From Oculina patagonica (lineage: Eukaryota): DNA of 64,000 nucleotides. Under the pieces are notes generated by a model. That model made no database searches and was not told the DNA's origin. It worked only from the letters and a program-made list of their open reading frames with translations. Where the stretch lies: positions 10,478,001-10,542,000 of the forward strand of contig NC_135766.1 of the NCBI RefSeq assembly GCF_052425735.1, written 5' to 3'. This document shows positions 1 through 11,400 of this stretch, in pieces (position 1 is the first letter of the stretch; each line of letters begins with the position of its first letter). The position numbers and the translations under genes were made by a program.

Positions 1-405
1 TTCTTGATAGACCTGTAGAGGCGAGAGCTACCGTAAGAGTGAGGTGGCTCATCTTAGAACACAGTATAAGGCCGATGAACTCACTCGAACCCGCGCGCAA
101 CGTTCCTCTAATGCAGTAACCAGTAGGCAATAGTTCCTTGGAATGAATACCAGTAAAATTTTAATGAAACTGAAATTTATTAATACTGGAAAGAAACCTA
201 CAATAAACAAGCGTCACTTCGGGGCAGGAAAGGATTGCGTAGCAACATCCCAGATAGTCTTTTTATGCAACATAAAATATTTAGGTGCCAGTCCTGGTGA
301 TACATCAAGGGTCAACAAACCTGGGCATATTCTACTGCATGCAATATTTCTGTAAAATATGTTGTTAGTACTGTATTTTATTATAGAATGATTTTTCGGT
401 CTCAC

Positions 406-3400
406 CTTTGCAAGTGCTTCACCAGCACAAACCCGGCGTCCTGCTGAGAAGGGCAGAAAATTACCAGCATTCGTAATGAGCTGGCCATCAGCATCAATGT
501 GGCGGCGAGGATTGAACGAGTTTGGATTCTCCCAGCAGCTTGGATCCAGATGGACATTCATCAAATTGGCCAGCACTACAGTATCCCTGGGAACACGATA
601 CCCAGAAATTGAAGTGTCCTTCAGGGTGTAATGGGGAAAAGTGGTTTCAGCGACATTTCCAAGTCGTAGTGCTTCCATAATCGTGGCCTGAACGAGCGGG
701 AGATTTGGACGATTATCCAGTCCTGGCATTCGTTCTCTTCCAACCACTTCATTTAACTCGTTCTGTATCTCTCTCTGGCATTCGGGATTGTGAACCAGGT
801 GTGCAATGGCCCATCGTAGGGTAGTACTGGTGGGTTCATACCCAGCGCTGAACATATCTCCCAAGGTGTTGATGATGTAGTCATCTGACAGAATAGATGC
901 TTTGTCTTCTGCACCAACTTCGCTTTCAGCTGCAATCCTCTCTTTTAAGAGACTTCCAGTGAGGCAGTCGATCTCCGCGTTAGGATCAAACTGTTCCTTT
1001 TGTATTTGTAACTGATGGCGAAGAATTTTAAATATTCGGTCAGTCACTTTCTGTAATGACTGATAAGCACGAAATGGTAAGTATTTTGCTATTGGAAAGA
1101 AATCTAACACAAAGACTTGATCACTGACGTCTGTGTCTGTGAAAGCTTCATTATGCAACTGCAAGAGTTCCTCAAAATCTGGATGGGACGAATCAAAATG
1201 CTTTCCAAATGTGATTCGACAGATCACGTTTGCAACACTTTCCATTAGAATCTCTGCGGGGTCAAAATCCTTTCCATTCTGGTCCTCAAAATACTGGATC
1301 AGCCTTCCTGTCTGTTCAGAGATCCTTTCTTCCACCAGTTGCTGATCAGAGAGATACTGTCGCACAGCTGTCATAAACAGCTTACGGTGAAATCTCCAGG
1401 CAGGTCCATAGTTCCCGAATGCGATATCCTTTCCGCCTGAAATGCAAGCGAAAATGAAATCTAAAACTAACATCTTCAGAGCAAATATCACACGCAATTC
1501 TTTGTATATTGGAGAAATTTAAATTGTACCATCTCAAGAGAGAAATGTTTATGTTTGCAATAAATAACGAACGAACGAACGAACGAGCGAACGAATTAAT
1601 GAATACCTTAATCTAAAATAGTAGTAAATAACTACTTCCTCGAAACTACTAATATGGGGCCTCTATAAAAACACTAACAAAATTAGAATTTCTACAAGTT
1701 TAACTTTGTTAAATAAATCCTAAAATATTTATACATCAACGTGTTGAATTTATATCCATGTATTTAAATATCTATATTGAAGTATTGTGTGGTGAAAGCC
1801 TTTCAGCTAAATGCATGAAGGCGAGGGCCATAAATTAGAAAATGCATGTTTCGTTTAACTGACCAAGTGGTTGTATTTTTTTGGGATTTTTTAAGACAAT
1901 GCAGTTTTTAACAGCTCACAAGACATACCAAGTGTAGTCATAACAAAGCTGTGGAATGGAGGTCTTCCAGCATAATCTGCAGATTTCTTCACCAACACCT
2001 CCTTTACAGAGTCAGCATCTTCAGCAATAACAAGTTTGTAACTGCCAATTTTCATTGAATACACTGAACCATACTTCTTTCTCAGGCTTTGCAATAAAAT
2101 AGAAACAAGGAAAAAGAAATAATAAATATCATAGAGAATTCCCTTGAAAATTCTTTGGATGGCCGACTGTCCACATGTACATGTGATGTACGACACTTAC
2201 GGTGACACTGGCCGTAAACGGTTCTTTTCTGATTCTTTCTATTGTAAATTCTCTGTATACCGTATTTATTCGATTAAGCGCCCAACCTCGAATAAGCGCC
2301 CACCTCGAATAAGCGCCCACCCTGAAGGTAGGAAAAGTTAATAAGCGCCCAGCCTCGAATAAGCGCCCACCCCCACCCCACAAAAAAGTGAAGTGTAGAA
2401 GAGGAGTTAAAATTGACTAAGGGCCTGATTACATGAGCCGGGCTGGCTCGGTTTGCCGAGATCTCGGCATGTCTGTTAAACGCAACAAAAATCAACTTCG
2501 CGATTACATGACAACCGGGCCAGCCCGGTTAGCCGAGATCCCGGTGTCGCGATGCCGGAATCTCGGCTAGCCGGGCTGAAAATTTTCCATGTAATCGCGT
2601 TCACCGGGCCAGCATTAAATTTCTCTTCTGAGCACAATATCCGGCAAAAAAAAACAATGCTACTCCTTCTAAATAAGATGTACAGGTAAAGTAACCCATC
2701 CAGCTGCATAAGTGCAAAAATTTAACCACCAAATTGCCGGGAAAAGGTGATCAAGATCCCGTCAAGATCATTCGTGCTCTGATCATTCATGCTGAAACCG
2801 GGCTGAAAGTCATCTCAGCAAACCAGGCCAGCCCGGCTAACCGGGCTCATGTAATACCGGGCTGAAAGTCATCTCGGCAAACCGAGCTTGCCCGGCCAGC
2901 CCGGCTCATATAATCAGGCCCTAAGTACTACTAAGAGACTTTCCCGTATTTTACAGAAACTTTCAATGAACAGTTAAAATTCTGCTTTGGTACATCTTCA
3001 CGTTTTGTAATTATTTATTGTTTCGTTACAAAATAAACTTACTACTTGCTGAAAATGGTGAAAATTTAATAAGCGCCCAGCCTCGAATAAGCGCCCACCC
3101 TCAAGGTCCAAAAATTTAATAAGCGCCCAGGGCGCTTAATCGAACAAAAACGGTAAGACATACTTAAAAGTAAACAAAAATCCTTAAGAGGGCTAAATTG
3201 ACTCTCTTTACTGTCCTTATTTTTTTTTCACTGGAGCAAAGTTGCAATACTGTGATTGTATTCATGATAGCGTTTATAGTTTTAGAGTATAGATAAGCTT
3301 TAGGTTGATGTAAAGGCACCCTTCGCTGCGCGCGAGCATTCTCTCTTTTGCTCTAAAGACCGTGGAGACGAACGCGTAAGCGAGTGGGCGAGTGCGACTT

Positions 3401-4690
3401 ACAAACTGGTGGAAAAATTGCGACTACAGTCAACTCTCTCTTAACGGACACATCTATAAGACGGAGATCTGGATGGTCCCTGCCATTTTCAGCCAATTAA
3501 CGGTACCAAACTCCCTATAAGACGGACACCTATCTAAGACGGACAACGAACACTTGAGAAGTGTTTTTTTTGGTGAATAATACTTTAAAACATCGTATCG
3601 TCAGAAAGCAAAATTATTAGTCAGCGCCTTTAATTAGTATAACAAACTTACTCACCGAAAACGATCTGTTATGACGGATAACCTCTCTGCTAAAGTGTTT
3701 GTGCACCAAAGAGGACGTTTGCTACTTGCAGTAATACAGTTTGTAGAAGCTCTCAACTCTTGCCTTAACAACAAGCGAATATGGTCTCTTGATTAATTTT
3801 TAGTCTTGTTCCAGTTCCAGTGCAAAGTGTACAGTTGGGTTTTATTTAGACTAGAAGCCGTGAACGTTGTGCTTGAACCAACGAATACATATAGACATGT
3901 TACAGTTTGCAACATGTATGTGATGTACTGCTCACTATTGATTGATACGTCCCCGGAGTTTAGCAGTGAAATTATTTTGCACTGAGTAGAAAGCCCGTCG
4001 GTTACTCTACAAGATGACATAAGTTTTGCTGGTTGTAACGTCATATTGGGTCACGTGACGTCATTAGAGCTGCCATCTTGAATTTCACCATTTTTTAAGA
4101 ACTCACAAAATAACGGAAATTGATACAAAATCAAGCCAGAATGCTTATGAAATGTGTATTAGAGTTTATCTGATCGGATCCCCGACAGGATGGCCTGACA
4201 GTACCTGCACAGAAAGTCAGACCTTTGTGAAGCAACGATTCCGGAATACAGAGAGGACACGTTATTTTTGTTATTCAAATTTGCCATTAGAGGTCTGTGC
4301 AAAATATCACGATCACTACAAACTTTACTCATGCACGTTAATTTCGAAAACCAAGCTATACAGTTAGAACCGTTTTTTGTTTACACTAACGGTAACATTA
4401 TCACAAGCATAATATAGCGAGGATATAGCACGGCCTTGGTAGCAATAAAACTACAGCGAAGCCATGCGAAAGCGGAAACGTGTGTGAACAAACCTTTCTG
4501 TATCTTCGCGAAGGCTTTCTCCAGAATCGAAGCTCAACAGATTTCCTATAAATGGCAAACTTGTCAGACGAGGTCCCGGCGGCATGTTCCTAAACTGATA
4601 CAACTCAATCAGTTGATTGAGAATCAGCAAGAAAACGATAGCAAGGAAAATATTTCCAAGCGTAAAATACTCCGACAATAAGAACTCCAT
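406..4690 (-). CDS. Cytochrome P450, clan 2 / CYP17A1-like (copy A); last exon lies beyond the left window edge
   Basis: Exons 4494-4690 (MEFLLSEYF..TM anchor, PPGP hinge), 1929-2086 and 406-1436, with GT-AG introns in phases 2/1/0. Motifs WRFHR, EALR and heme FSAGRRVCAG. I-helix reads AGYEPT. Exon sizes 197/158/1031 match the paralogs. Confidence 0.93.
1566..1593. repeat. (AACG)n microsatellite
   Basis: About 7 AACG units in CYP-A intron 2. Confidence 0.8.
2260..3153. mobile_element. Tc1/mariner/pogo-type MITE (TA TSD) in CYP-A intron 1
   Basis: TA|CCGTATTTATTCGATTAAGCGCCC ... GGGCGCTTAATCGAACAAAAACGG|TA, with repeated AATAAGCGCCC subterminal motifs. A truncated inverted copy lies at about 40650-40866. 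Confidence 0.85.
2421..2921. mobile_element. PIF/Harbinger (Tourist-like) MITE nested in the previous MITE
   Basis: TIRs GGGCCTGATTACATGAGCCGGGCTGGC / GCCAGCCCGGCTCATATAATCAGGCCC; TAA TSD at 2418-2420 and 2922-2924. Confidence 0.88.
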
Positions 4691-6441
4691 CTTTGAATAT
4701 TCAGATTTTCGAGGTCTCGATCCATTCAACCAAAAATTCCGGTTTGAATTTCCGGAATTTTTGCGCGTTGAAAGGAATGGTATTTTCCAGTGGACTGGTA
4801 AAATACACGTTAAAATGGCGGGTTTGTGGCCCGACTCTTGTTTGTTTAATGCTCGCGTACGATTTCAAGTTTAGAGAGTTTTCTGTAGAATAACAAAAAT
4901 ATAATTGTTACCCGTTAGCTTCTTCATGAGAAGAAGTAAATTTACCCGCAATTATGATTATTTTCAGCTCAATCCTTTGCGATGTTTGTCTTTATTTTTA
5001 TAAAAGTACATTATTACTTGACAATTATTCAATAATCATGAAGCATGCATTATAAGAAAATAGGTCACCAAGGGTGACATAAGTCTAATGCCGTACGGCA
5101 TAGTGATACAGATTGCGCGGTTTTCGTAAGCCGGTTAAAATTGGTTAGAGGTTTGTGTTCGGGAGTTTAATTTAAAATGCTTATAGCAAGCTAGGGGCAT
5201 CGTGGATGATTATGGATGAAAACGAAACAGTCATAAATGTTATATGCTTCACAAAATTTAAAGTATGAACAGGAGTTGATGTTACTTCTTCCGTATTGTC
5301 CGTAAAAGCAGAAACGATTAAACATTTGGACAAGATTGCGTGACGATTTACAAAAAGCATGTTCATTACAACAAGGGTTGAAGAACTTCACATCGTTTTC
5401 TTTCAGATTTTTCACCATTTTGATGATGACTCTTGAAACAGATTTTGCAATAAAAGCACTTGAAATAGTGACTGTTACTCCATTGTACTGTAAGCACTTA
5501 GTGACAGATTTTCCTAAAAACGGGTGTAAATGCTCACGTCAATATAATGATGACCTTTTGAACGCTGGAAACTAGGCAATTATTATCGAGCTACCATACA
5601 CAGGAGCGAAGACTGTTTATCATGATGTACAAATTTCGCGAATCATCACTTCCATATCAATGTAACCATTTTATGATTTTTCTAGCTGTAAGAAGAACTT
5701 AAGATCTCTGAGAGTCGTAAAAGCATGAAATTCGATTTCAGTGTATGGCAAAGGCCGGGACAGTGTAATACTGCAAAGCGGCCAAACAAACGCATTTTGA
5801 TTTAGTCGCGTAACTTGATTTACATTTATCCATGTACATCTTTTATTTTTGAAGGTTTTTGTTTGCACTGTGAAGAAAAAATTGGTCAAAATTCGAATGA
5901 CTTAAATACAAAATACGAGGTAAAGTTTTCTATTTTTTAAAACAAAATAAATATTTGGTCGCATTGTGTAAATAAACGCGAGTCGCCGTCGAAATATTTT
6001 TTCTCAAAGACGTCTTGCTTTTTAAGCAAGACGAAAACACAAGTGCTTAACTGAACTGAAAACGAAGATTTATTTTCACAAAAAGCTTACAAATGTCTTA
6101 ACTGGAAAATTATTACGTCCTGTTCAAGTGTTGAATAATCGTGACTTGAGAAAGAACTTTTAATTATGCGTGGGAACACGTGTCGCTGATTGGCTGTTTT
6201 TAATTGAAACTAATCGTGCGTGTCCGTACGGAGTCCGTTCTTGCAGCTGATCATTGTTTTCTACATTACAGCGAACGATTATCGATCCCGAACCATTCCC
6301 TTGGGATTGCTAACAGCTTTTTTCATATAACAAAGAGTCTAATGCGCATGCGCAAAGCGCACGCAAGCATTAGACTCAAAAAACGTATGAACTTTTCTCT
6401 CCCCTTCTTGTCTCAAAGTCTATAGAAAAAAAGCGCAGTGC

Positions 6442-6549
6442 CATGTTCCTAAACTGATACAGCTCGATCAGTTGATTGAGAATCAGCAAGAAAACGATAG
6501 CAAGGAAACTATTTCCAAACATAAAACTCTCCGACAAGAAGAACTTCAC
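6442..6549 (-). pseudogene. Orphan partial copy of CYP exon 1 (membrane anchor)
   Basis: Reads VKFFLSESFMFGNSFLAIVFLLILNQLIELYQFRNM, then diverges before PPGP. The start ATG is replaced by GTG. Near-identical to about 4584-4690. Confidence 0.85.
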
Positions 6550-6860
6550 TGTCGAATTTGCAAAACTAGGTTGTTCTTAGGGGCGATCGTGTTTCACTCC
6601 AGGCTAGGTTGATACATGCAATTAAAAATACCTCTGATGAAAACCAAGCAATCGACAAGAGCATGTACTCAACAGTACGAGTGCTAATGCAAGCCTGATA
6701 ATGTAAAATGATTTTGCATAATGTTATTTCTTTTCTTTTCTTGGAACCTATTTGGCATATTGATTAATTATTCTATTAGCGCACGCTGGGTAAGAAAGTG
6801 GTAAATAATCAACCAGGCACGTGGGCCCAAATTGATAAATGAGTTAGGAGTATAGAGGTC

Positions 6861-8383
6861 TCAAAGTACAGTTTCTGTGTGAGGCTCTCCGATCGATTCA
6901 TTTCTTTCGTTCTGCTGGTCTCCAATTTGACTTCCTTCCTCGTAGCTTGATTTGCAAAACCAAAATGAGAGAAAATAGAACAACACTGCCACGGCTAAAA
7001 AATAACAAGAAAGGAAGAAAACAATTAAAGTCATCATTTGCAAAAAAAATACTAATAATAATTCCGGCTCCATTGGAAACAATACGAGTATAAAAAGAAT
7101 GCAACTAATACGAGAAACTGTGTAGATGAAACAAGTAAAATAAAAAAGTTGCTATTTGTGCCAAAAGTAGACAAAAGAGACAAAACAAATTGGAACCACA
7201 AAAAATCTTCTAAAAGATGTAATCAGGAAAAAAATGTATTTAAAAAATGGTATAACCACAATTATTTTTTAAATAAATGAAACCACCAAAAATTGTTTTC
7301 AAAGGGGGACTATTACGTCGATTTTGCTGCATTTTTGAGTCAAAATAGTGCTAAAAAGGAAAAATGATTACAATCTTTCGTTTATGCATTACATACCACT
7401 GTCAACCGAAAACTTGCCTTTCAAAATGGTCTCAAATACAATCATGCTCACGGACAAGTTCCAAATATCATATATTTGACACCGGCCACGTATTCCACAA
7501 CTTTCTCCCCAGAAAAGACACAAAGAATCAAACACCCAACCGACGACAACGGGTCCTGGCAAAAATCCAAAAGAACGCTGGAAAATGAACTGAAAACCAA
7601 GGGCGTAGGATCTTTGATTGTCTGGTACACATCTGGTGAGTGAAAATGGACAAGTCAAGGTTTTTAACTTTTCAAAGTATTTACCCTCAATCCGAAAAGA
7701 AACGGATTGTCTAAAAAGGTCATTGTGGGTAAGTTATAGGAGGAGGCGTGGCCTAGTTTTTAACACGTTTATGTTCGATTTGCAATAAGTGTCCACAATT
7801 GAGTCTGCCTTTTGGTCGAGCGTCGAGATTAAAGTGATTTTTTTTTAAGTATATATACAGCTGGTGCACAAAAGAGCCGATTTGGAAATAAGGGACCTGC
7901 CGTTCGGAGTACAAGTACTAGATTGAGAACGAGTACCAATTTTTTAAACCTATTACGTATGCTTTCAATTATCACATTTCACACCCATCTAGTACCCATA
8001 GCCCCATTTCATGATCAACTGGTCGGCAAGAGGAAGGAGTGAGGGCTCTAGGACCTAACTGGATTGAAATTCAAAAGTTGTACTCGTACTCCGATCACAC
8101 GGTCATCATCATCACTTTGTTTACCCTCGGATTTGAAGAGTAGCTTATACAGCTAATATCTCCGAGCATTCGAACAGTACACAGCACAATGGGCAAAGAC
8201 CAGACCACAACACCGGGAACTCCATGCCCTACTCTTTACGATAAGCGTGTGGGTTCTTTTACGTCCCCTGCTGACCATAACACTGAAGATGCAGGAGACG
8301 GGGCCTACGGTTTATCGTCCTTATCCGAGAAGACTAGAATATCTAACCATTTGCAGATGTTATTGCAAAGGCAGCATATTCTT

Positions 8384-8419
<36 letters not shown>

Positions 8420-11400
8420 TGGGAATCGAACCCGAGACCTTCCGCACTGTAGTCCGTCGCTCTACTAACTGAGCTAACCGGTCGGCGGTTATCGCTATTG
8501 TTAGCTCGGCGGACATGAGTAGGCCGGGTTTATAATTCGCTAGTGGTTTTTCTATTCTGTTTCTTTACGTTTTTCTTTTCTTTCAATAATGCATAATTTA
8601 CCCTGTTGTATGGTTACTCTAATTCGACACTTTACTCTCACAGTGCTCCTCTCCACCTAGGTGTAATAAGGGATTAATCGGTGGGAATTAATGCTAGAGA
8701 GGGGTAACACTGCGAAGGGCTAGCATCCTGTCTAGGGAGGACAAGAAATACTCTTAGTTCTTCGTGTCACGGAAACAGGAGATATACTTGAATAATCAAA
8801 AAGCTGCTTAGTAATATTGATATACAGTCCGACCTCTATTAAGCGGCCACCTATTAAGCGGCCACTCTCCATTAAAGGGGCTACGTCACGGGAATTGTGC
8901 AGATTTTTAGTCTAAACTGTGCTGGAGTTAGTGGTAGGCTACTTAACCCATAAAAACATTACCTTTGAACATCTAAAGGAAGATATAACCTTAATTTTCA
9001 GATAGAAACCAATCTACGGCTATAAATATTGAGTTTTTGGAGACGCGCAGAAACAATTTGAAAAATTAAGCCTTAATATTTTAAATTGCAGTACATTTCC
9101 ATCCAAGCCATCCGCAGCCAAAGACGCTTGTTAACAGTATCAGTGCTTTTATATGGCAACTTTTAATAAAACTTTACCATTATTCTAGGTTTCCTACGAC
9201 ACAAATAGAAATTTTGGCTGTTCAAAAATCTGGTAAAATCCGTGACAAAGTCCCTTTAAGCGGCCACTTTCCAAAGTCCCGATTTATTTGGCACTAAACT
9301 GCTGTATTTGATACTTTTATTCAACGGCCACCTTTATTAAGCGGCCGCGGCCACCTTTTTGCTGTCGCAAGTGTATTATTTATATGGGTTTTTACCTCCA
9401 TTAAGCGGCCAGCAAATTATCTTCACAAGCGAAATGGTGACAGATGATATATATCGTCCGTGAAATATCTTGAGCTAATTTTTTTTACATACTAACTGTT
9501 GATGCAAAAAGGCCTAAGAAACTTGTCAACAATGTTTTGCATATTTTTCTGTTCATTATCAACCCGAAGAAATACTGTTCATTTCAACTACGTGCCCTCT
9601 GCACTTGATGTTTTTAATTGTTACAATGTATTTCGGATTTATCTTCATATAAATTATGTTCACTTTTTATTAGCAATTTGCTATATAGAGTCAATGACAT
9701 CATGTTTGCTGCCATTCTTATCCAATTTATATTGTACCGCTATTAAGCGGCCACTTTTCGAAGTCCCGAGGGTGGCCGCCTAATAGAGGTCGGACTGTAG
9801 TTAATATAGACTCTTTTGTGCATTAGCTCTTATAGTCATGAGAAGAAGTATATCCCCTGGGAGATGACATACAAGATCTACACATGATGTACACTGATGG
9901 AAGATTTGTAAGAATGATATAGTAGTTCTTACCGTAGAGCTACGGTTTTGTTTGGTATCGCTGTCAAGAAAACGGCCAAAAGTAACACAGCGCTGATTAC
10001 AAGAAAATAGATGAAATTCTTGCACCCTGGTCCTCTGTCGCAGAAGCCTTTCTCGGCTGTAGCTTGGGTTCCGTTTACTACATCACCAATACAACTGCAG
10101 TTGAATGCCTAAAAAATAGAAACTTTATTTATTATAGCTAAGTTGAAGTAAATAATCTGCATATCATGTTAAGTACTAGTATAACCTGGTTTTCATTTGT
10201 CAAGCGAATCAGAATGGCGACAACCCAGATGTCGGGAATTAATCGAAAAGATAAGAGGCCTTTCTGTTTTGCCTGCACGTCCGGTCTGAATTTCTGCAAT
10301 GGTCGGTAATCACCCCACCATAAATACCGACGGTCTTAGACTTCGCGAGATGTTAAGCTAAGTAAGCAACAGAAAAATCACCTACTCCGCCTCAAGGTAA
10401 AAAAAAATTGTGGAGTAGTAGCACTTTTTCCCACTTCCACCCAGGCTTTTATCCATGTTTTAAAAAGTGGGAGTCCAAAATTTTTATAAGGCCCGACGTT
10501 GTCCCCATAGTAGGGTCTGAGGAGCATGCAAAGTGCTTTTCTGCAGTTATGAGTGCAAAGGTATCTAAAGATTTCCAAATTTGCTAAAAAAAAACTCTGT
10601 ATACAGTTATTTATATGCCACCTCAATACACAACTTGTGAAAACCAGTCCTTTTTGTCGCTAAATTCAAGCATGAGCAGTTTAATGCGAAGTATCATTCA
10701 TTGCGCCTCTGTTATTCTCAAAGCCAAATATAATTAAAAAGTTAAAGCCAGAATCATAACAATTCCTTCAGTATGGCTGCGCTGTTACCAATGTGGAGCT
10801 TGTTAGAAATATGGCATGAAATCATTACGGGCATTCTAAAATGTTGTCATGTTTGTTTCACGAGATAATCTAATCGGCGCGTGTCGCGTGTCGCGGGTAA
10901 AATGTCGCGTGTCGCGGGTAAAACGTCGCGGGTACATCCTCACACTTCGCCTTGCTCTAGTCATTATACTCTTAGAAATGGGCTTATTTCATAGGTACTG
11001 TGACTTTCTCACGAAAATCGTAGTAAATAAAGATCCTACTTAGCCAATCAGAAACGTAAGTGAATTCGCCAATCAGTAGCTAATCAGTAACATGCAACAT
11101 GAAAAATAGCCCTTGTTCCAAAATTGTGCGCTTAGATCGAAGAAATATAACCGAGGATAGGTTTGCTTTTCACTTGTGGTTTATTGAAAAGTTCAATAAT
11201 TTTGTAGAACAAACAACCGTGCTCGTTCTTTAAAAGTATCAAAGAGATGTACAAGCGACCAAGGAAGACTTAAGAAAGTGAGGAAAGCGCGCCGAAGACA
11301 ACTCCGCTAACAGCTAGCCATGACAACGAACACATCTTTGAATTTATAATCTTAGCACACTAAACATAACGAGCTTAAGAGTGGGAGAACAATACACCTC

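Noticed and set aside
8410-8489. Additional tRNA gene
   Set aside because: There is no proper acceptor stem, and the sequence continues into a SINE body and tail.
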